Origin: Nitrosococcus oceani ATCC 19707
GTDB taxonomy: Bacteria > Pseudomonadota > Gammaproteobacteria > Nitrosococcales > Nitrosococcaceae
DNA length: 32,000 nt
Reading direction: 5' to 3'
NCBI RefSeq assembly: GCF_000012805.1
Contig: NC_007484.1
Location: 2,310,001 to 2,342,000 of the forward strand
The notes below the pieces were generated by a model. That model was not told the origin of the DNA, made no database searches, and saw nothing but the letters and a program-made list of their open reading frames with translations. A program made the position numbers and the translations under genes. Shown here in pieces: positions 26,931 to 32,000 of the stretch. Each line of letters starts with the position of its first letter. The first letter of the stretch is position 1.

Positions 26931-28046
26931 CTATCTGCTAGGCGACGCTATCTTAGCCACTAATCGCCAATCCTGACCCACCGCCCGCATTTCCTTGATG
27001 TCTACCTCAATGCAATCCCTCATGGTTTGAATGCCAGGCAGTTGCAATAACCCTAAGGCGGCCTCTCCCATCAATTTAGGAGCAATATACAGTACAAGCT
27101 CGTCCATTAAACCGGCCTGGAGCAGCGAACCTGCCAACCGCGCACCGCATTCCACATGAAGCTCATTAATTTCCCGCGCAGCCAGAACCGCCATTAAGGC
27201 CATTAAGTCCAACCCTTGGGGAGTCACCGGCAGGCTGATCACTTCCACACCCCTGCCACGTAAAGATTCCGCTTTAGGTGAGGTTGCATCAGCGCATACA
27301 ATCATTACCGGTCCCCGCAACGAAAGCAACCGGGCCTGCGCCATAATGGCTAATCGGCGGTCCAGGACAACGCGCAATGGTTGGCGGCTAAACCCTGGCG
27401 GCACCTCGTCTTGCAATTCTTCATAACGGACGTTGAGGGAGGGATCATCTCGCACGACAGTACCAATCCCCGTTAAGATCGCGGAACTGCGGGCCCGCCA
27501 CCGCTGCACATCCCGACGGGCAGGGGAAGCGGTAATCCAACGACTCTCTCCAGAAGCTAGCGCCGTGGCCCCATCCAAACTCATGGCTAGCTTACAACGT
27601 ACCCAGGGACGACCTTGGACCAAGCGTTGGACAAAACCCACGTTAAGGGCCTGAGCCTCTTCCTGCAATAACCCATGCTCCACTTGGAGACCAGCCTCTC
27701 TAAGTTGCGCCAATCCTTGGCTGGCGACTTTTGGATGAGGGTCTCCCATCGCCGCGACAACTCTCACCACGCCCGCCTCAATTAAAGCCTCAGTGCAGGG
27801 TGGAGTTCGCCCTCGGTGACAGCAAGGCTCTAAGGTCACATAACAAGTAGACCCTTGGGCCCGAATACCCGCTTGGCGCAAGGCGTTGATTTCCGCATGG
27901 GAGTCGCCGGCCTGTTGATGCCAGCCCTCCCCTACTATTTCGCCGCCACGCACCAGGACGCAGCCTACCCGGGGATTAGGGTCAGTAGTAAATAAACCGC
28001 GCTGGGCTAGCTTCAGAGCCCGAGCCATGTACGCTCTATCGTTCAC
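26931..28046 (-). CDS. ribD: Bifunctional diaminohydroxyphosphoribosylaminopyrimidine deaminase / 5-amino-6-(5-phosphoribosylamino)uracil reductase
   Basis: Deaminase Zn motifs HAEINAL and LEPCCHRGRTPPC, with a C-terminal RibD reductase domain. Confidence 0.92.
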   Translation of the reverse strand: MNDRAYMARALKLAQRGLFTTDPNPRVGCVLVRGGEIVGEGWHQQAGDSHAEINALRQAGIRAQGSTCYVTLEPCCHRGRTPPCTEALIEAGVVRVVAAMGDPHPKVASQGLAQLREAGLQVEHGLLQEEAQALNVGFVQRLVQGRPWVRCKLAMSLDGATALASGESRWITASPARRDVQRWRARSSAILTGIGTVVRDDPSLNVRYEELQDEVPPGFSRQPLRVVLDRRLAIMAQARLLSLRGPVMIVCADATSPKAESLRGRGVEVISLPVTPQGLDLMALMAVLAAREINELHVECGARLAGSLLQAGLMDELVLYIAPKLMGEAALGLLQLPGIQTMRDCIEVDIKEMRAVGQDWRLVAKIASPSR

Positions 28047-28194
28047 CTGCCCGCATCAAAAACGAAAATTTTAACGAGGATATTATATTGTGCCAACAAT
28101 GTCCCTACTGACACGACTACAGCAAAAACCAAGCTACGCCTGTTATTGTAGGGCACAAAGAAATCCTAAAGAGAACGAAGAATAGTAGCCCCGC

Positions 28195-28719
28195 TCAGTT
28201 CGATTTATTAACCAAAGATCCTCCATCAAGCAGTAAAGATAGCTGGGCGGCCCTTTCTTCCAGCGAAAGCGCTCGTTCTAAGCGTTCGATTTCTTCCCGA
28301 AAAGCTTGCACGTCTTGAAAACGGCGGTAAACGGAAGCAAAGCGGACATAAGCTACCTCATCCAGGTGGCGCAGCTCATCCATGACCCACTCCCCAAGCA
28401 CCTGGGAGTCGAATTCCCGCTCGCCGCTCGCCCGCAAGCGATGGACAATCCGGCGAATGGCGGCCTCCACCGCCTCCGTGCTGACAGGACGTTTTTCCAC
28501 CGCCCGCAGGATACCGGCCCGAAGCTTTTCTTCCTGAAAGGGTTCCCGCGTACCGTTGCGTTTGAGTAATCGGGGCAAAACCAGGTCTGCAGCTTCATAG
28601 GTGGTAAAACGCTCACCACACCCTTGACATTCTCGGCGGCGGCGGATGGCCTCGCCCTCATTTGCTAGACGGGAGTCGGTGACTTTAGTATCTCCCGCCC
28701 CGCAGAATGGACAATGCAT
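28195..28719 (-). CDS. nrdR: Transcriptional repressor NrdR (zinc ribbon + ATP-cone)
   Basis: [17 protein letters not shown]...[17 protein letters not shown] zinc ribbon followed by an ATP-cone domain. Confidence 0.93.
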
Positions 28720-28733
28720 CGCCCTTTTAATCC

Positions 28734-29987
28734 CTAACCATAGACCGGGAAGCGGGCGCAGAGAGCCAATACTTTCTCCTTAGTGTCCGCAATTACAGTC
28801 TCATTTTCAATATCGTCCAGCACATCACAAACCCATCCCGCTAATTCGCAAATCTCCGCTTCCTTAAAACCACGCGTAGTCATGGCGGGGCTACCAATGC
28901 GAATACCACTGGTTACAAACGGAGATTGAGGATCATTAGGCACCGTATTTTTATTTACGGTGATATTTGCTCGACCCAACGCGGCATCTGCAGCCTTGCC
29001 GGTCAAACCCTTGGCAACGAGATCCACTAAAAACAGATGACTATCGGTCCCACCGGAAACAATTTTATAGCCTCGAGACTGAATAGCCTCTGCCATCGCC
29101 TGGGCATTGCGAATCACTTGCCGTTGATAATCCTTAAACGCCGGCTCCATAGCCTCTTTAAAGGCTACCGCCTTGGCCGCGACAACATGCATTAAAGGCC
29201 CCCCTTGAATACCGGGAAAGACCTTGGAATTGAGTTTTTTCTCAATCTCAGGGTTGGCTTTAGCCAAAATCAGTCCTGAACGGGGACCCCGTAAAGTTTT
29301 ATGGGTTGTGCTAGTCGTGACATCGGCGATTTGCACTGGATTAGGATAAATTCCTGCGGCGATCATCCCGGCCAGATGGGCGATATCCGCTAGCAAATAG
29401 GCGCCTACTCCATCCGCGATCGCTCGGAAACGCTGCCAATCAACTATACGGGAATAAGCGGTAAATCCGGCGATAATCAGTTTGGGGCGATGTGCCTTTG
29501 CTAGCTGCTCCACCTCATCATAGTCAATAAGTCCCGTATCTGCATTTACCCCAAACTGAACTGCGTTAAAAATTTGACCTGAAAAATTGACCTTGGCGCC
29601 ATGGGTGAGATGCCCGCCATGGGCAAGACTCAACCCCATGAGGGTATCGCCCGGCGCTAGCAAAGCTAGACAGGCAGCGGCATTCGCCTGAGAGCCAGAG
29701 TGGGGTTGGACATTAGCATAATCAGCCTCGAACAATATTTTAGCCCGTTCGATAGCTAACCGCTCCGCCACATCCACGTACTCACAGCCCCCATAATAAC
29801 GCTTGCCAGGATAGCCTTCGGCGTACTTGTTAGTGAGCACGGACCCTTGGGCTTCTAAAACCCGAGGACTGACATAATTCTCCGAAGCAATTAATTCAAT
29901 ATGTTCCTCTTGCCGCCGTGCTTCATTGGTAAGAGCGGTCTCGAGTTCCTCATCATAACTGGCAATACGCATCTCTTTGCTATACAT
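28734..29987 (-). CDS. glyA: Serine hydroxymethyltransferase
   Basis: [14 protein letters not shown], and the PLP-lysine context [16 protein letters not shown] prefer ATG 29987 ([15 protein letters not shown], 417 aa as in E. coli GlyA) over the upstream TTG at 30035. Confidence 0.93.
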
Positions 29988-30147
29988 GGACTGTCCTAGT
30001 GCTGCAGTTTTTAGATAAAACCGTTGATTATACAATAATACATAAACCTACAAGCCAAATAACCTGAACCAAGTACAACGCGGCAGGAAGTGGGAGTATG
30101 AAATCAGAGTCATTTTTTCGTCAGTTCTAATTCCTGTTGCAACAACC

Positions 30148-31125
30148 TTAAAGACTCAGGTAATGGACACTGAACAAATCCTCCCGATCAGTCCAAACTT
30201 GCTGTGGTTGGAACCCTGCTGAACTCGCCAGTTGTTGGAATTCTTCAATACTGTATTTATAGGAATTTTCCGTATGAAGCGTTTCCCCAGCCTGGAATTG
30301 GAAGGTTTGATTGTTTACCGTCACCGCCTGGTCTTTAAGGCTGACCAAGTGCATTTCCACTCGCCCCTCAGCAGAATTATAAAGGGCATGATGCTCAAAG
30401 CCGGTCAGATCGAAATTCCCTTCCAGTTCCCGGTTAATGCGCTGCAACAGGTTTAGATTAAAAGCCGCCGTAATACCCTGGTTATCGTTATAGGCGGCAT
30501 TGAGCAGGGCGGCCTCTTTCTTTAAATCCACGCCGATAAGCAAGCCGCTCCCCGGCCCTAGCAAAGCTGCTATCCGCGTCAGAAATTGGCGGGCTTCTTC
30601 AGGCTCGAAGTTACCAATACTTGAGCCTGGAAAAAATCCTGCTTTAGGCTTTTCGGCGAACCCCCCGGGCAATCCCAAGGGCTGGCTATAATCTGCGCAG
30701 ACGGCGTGGATAGCCACCCCGGGATAATCCCCGGCCAGCCGCTTAGCGGCATGGAATAGATGCTCACGGGAAATATCAATGGGTAAATAGGCTGCTGGCT
30801 CCAAGGCATCGAGAAGAACGCGGATCTTGAGACTACTCCCGCTGCCAAACTCTACCAGCACACTGCCCTCGCCTATATATTCCGCCATTTCCGCCCCATA
30901 GTGCTTAAGTAACTGAATTTCAGTGCGAGTAGGATAATACTCAGGCAATTGGCAGATAGCATCAAAGAGGCGGGAGCCCTTTTCATCGTAAAAGTACTTA
31001 GGGGGAATCCGGCGCTGGCTTTTAGTTAATCCAGAGAGAACATCTTCCCGAAACCGCGCTTGCGCCGGCCGATAGTCATGGAAAGCAGGTTCACCCCGCT
31101 TCTGGCTAGAGAGGACAGAATTCAT
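30148..31125 (-). CDS. egtD: L-histidine N-alpha-methyltransferase (ergothioneine biosynthesis)
   Basis: The PKYFYDEKGSRLFDAICQLPEYYPTRTE signature, SAM-binding VEFGSGSS, and a C-terminal YKYS block typical of EgtD. Its ATG overlaps the egtB stop by 4 nt (ATGA). Confidence 0.85.
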   Translation of the reverse strand: MNSVLSSQKRGEPAFHDYRPAQARFREDVLSGLTKSQRRIPPKYFYDEKGSRLFDAICQLPEYYPTRTEIQLLKHYGAEMAEYIGEGSVLVEFGSGSSLKIRVLLDALEPAAYLPIDISREHLFHAAKRLAGDYPGVAIHAVCADYSQPLGLPGGFAEKPKAGFFPGSSIGNFEPEEARQFLTRIAALLGPGSGLLIGVDLKKEAALLNAAYNDNQGITAAFNLNLLQRINRELEGNFDLTGFEHHALYNSAEGRVEMHLVSLKDQAVTVNNQTFQFQAGETLHTENSYKYSIEEFQQLASSAGFQPQQVWTDREDLFSVHYLSL

Positions 31126-32000
31126 ACATCATCCGCTAATCGAAGGCCCGTAAATTGCCAACGGGCGTGGGGAGGGAAAAAATTGCGATAGGAAGCACGC
31201 AAATGCTCAGATGAGCTGATACAGGAACCACCTCGTAAAACCATTTGATTACACATAAATTTTCCATTGTATTCACCAATAGCTCCCTCGGAAGGCTGAT
31301 AACCAGGATAGGGCGCATAGGGACTCCCGGTCCATTCCCAGACATCCCCAAACATTTGAACCGGGGTAGGGGCTGCTGGAGGCGCGGGTAAGGGCTGTAA
31401 GGCCCCTGACTCCAAAAAATTACCCCGACATGGCAGCGTTCGCGCCACGATTTCCCATTCAGCCTCTGTAGGCAGCCGATAACCTGCCCAGCGGGCATAG
31501 GCGTCAGCTTCATAATAGCTCAGATGACATACGGGAGCCTCTTTCTGAACAGGTTGCATCCCATGGAGAGTCATTTGCCACCAACCTTCGCCCTGCTGCT
31601 CCCAATACAATGGCGCCTGCCAACCTTCTTGCCGCACCGTATGCCAACCCTCAGAAAGCCAGTAGCGAGGTTCTCGATATCCTCCCGCCGCCATAAAGGC
31701 TAGATATTCCCTGTTGGTCACGAGGCGCGAAGCGAGGCGAAAATCGCGCAAGTAAACAAGATGATTAGGACTTTCATTATCGTAGGCAAAACCTTCTCCG
31801 GAATACCCCAAGGCATGCAGTCCTCCCTTGTAGTCATACCATTCTAGGCTGCCATTCTTTCTTGCTCCCTTGAATTGAGGGACAACCCCCTCCTGGTAGG
31901 CGGGACGGAGTGGGTTGGTGGCAAAGATATGTTTAAGATCAGTCAAGAGCAATTCTTGGTGTTGTTGCTCATGGTTAAGTCCTAATTCTATCAAGGAGGC
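31122..32000 (-). CDS. egtB: Ergothioneine sulfoxide synthase EgtB (DinB-like + FGE-sulfatase/DUF323 domains), C-terminal about 290 aa; the 5' end lies beyond the window
   Basis: ELGLNHEQQHQELLLTDLKHIF (end of the DinB_2 metal-binding domain), then GDVWEWTGSPYAPYPGY and VLRGGSCISS (FGE-sulfatase fold). The ORF stays open to the right edge of the window. Confidence 0.8.
   Translation of the reverse strand, partial: ASLIELGLNHEQQHQELLLTDLKHIFATNPLRPAYQEGVVPQFKGARKNGSLEWYDYKGGLHALGYSGEGFAYDNESPNHLVYLRDFRLASRLVTNREYLAFMAAGGYREPRYWLSEGWHTVRQEGWQAPLYWEQQGEGWWQMTLHGMQPVQKEAPVCHLSYYEADAYARWAGYRLPTEAEWEIVARTLPCRGNFLESGALQPLPAPPAAPTPVQMFGDVWEWTGSPYAPYPGYQPSEGAIGEYNGKFMCNQMVLRGGSCISSSEHLRASYRNFFPPHARWQFTGLRLADDV

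Noticed and set aside
28047-28194. A possible FMN (RFN) riboswitch in the 148-nt nrdR-ribD gap, and a possible ZTP/THF-type riboswitch in the glyA leader (29988-30147).
   Set aside because: I found none of the conserved RFN core strings or the pfl/ZTP CCGCCTGGG-type pseudoknot. The gaps look like plain AT-rich promoter DNA, with a TATAAT about 40 nt upstream of the glyA ATG on the minus strand.
1-32000. A search by eye for CRISPR arrays, tRNA or rRNA genes, integrases, toxin-antitoxin pairs, retron/DGR reverse transcriptases and known defence-system genes.
   Set aside because: I found no regularly spaced repeats, cloverleaf-capable segments or matching protein motifs. Absence by eye is weak evidence and should be confirmed with tRNAscan, Rfam and DefenseFinder-type tools.

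Overview
This window looks like a roughly 50% G+C gammaproteobacterial chromosome segment. That assignment is an inference from protein motifs and gene order; no database search was possible. Most of it is recognisable core genome:
- rep (5' end), comM and ubiK.
- A BBP2-type porin next to a sulfide-oxidation pair: type II sqr plus a persulfide dioxygenase-rhodanese fusion.
- argA, gatB, ugd, an ExeA/PEP-CTERM-type AAA ATPase, a HAD-IB hydrolase, rppH and prfC.
- A membrane PAS-GGDEF-EAL protein.
- rnhB fused onto the end of a glyA-nrdR-ribD-ribE-ribB(A*) string, followed by egtD-egtB (ergothioneine).

The one clearly accessory stretch is about 6.3-12.1 kb. Three unrelated, heavily degraded transposase remnants divide it: an IS200/IS605-type tnpB, an IS3-type integrase C-terminus and an IS5-type C-terminus. 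They bracket two cargo modules:
1. An orphan rtcB RNA ligase with no rtcA or rtcR.
2. A markedly GC-richer block carrying a DksA/TraR-type zinc-finger protein, a CBS-pair/DUF2267 protein and an HPF/RaiA-type ribosome-silencing protein. A 478-nt ORF-poor spacer inside this block ends in a terminator-like hairpin.

I regard this translation and transcription damage-control islet as the best candidate for something undescribed.

Other points worth a look:
- A sigma54-type promoter in front of pdo-sqr with no activator gene in view.
- A degenerate RibA domain (RibBX type).
- A 61-bp convergent CDS overlap.
- An 822-bp gene-poor gap holding direct repeats and ORFs of ambiguous strand.

I saw no tRNA, rRNA, CRISPR array, integrase or intact transposase by eye. 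All family assignments come from motif recall and need confirmation by search.
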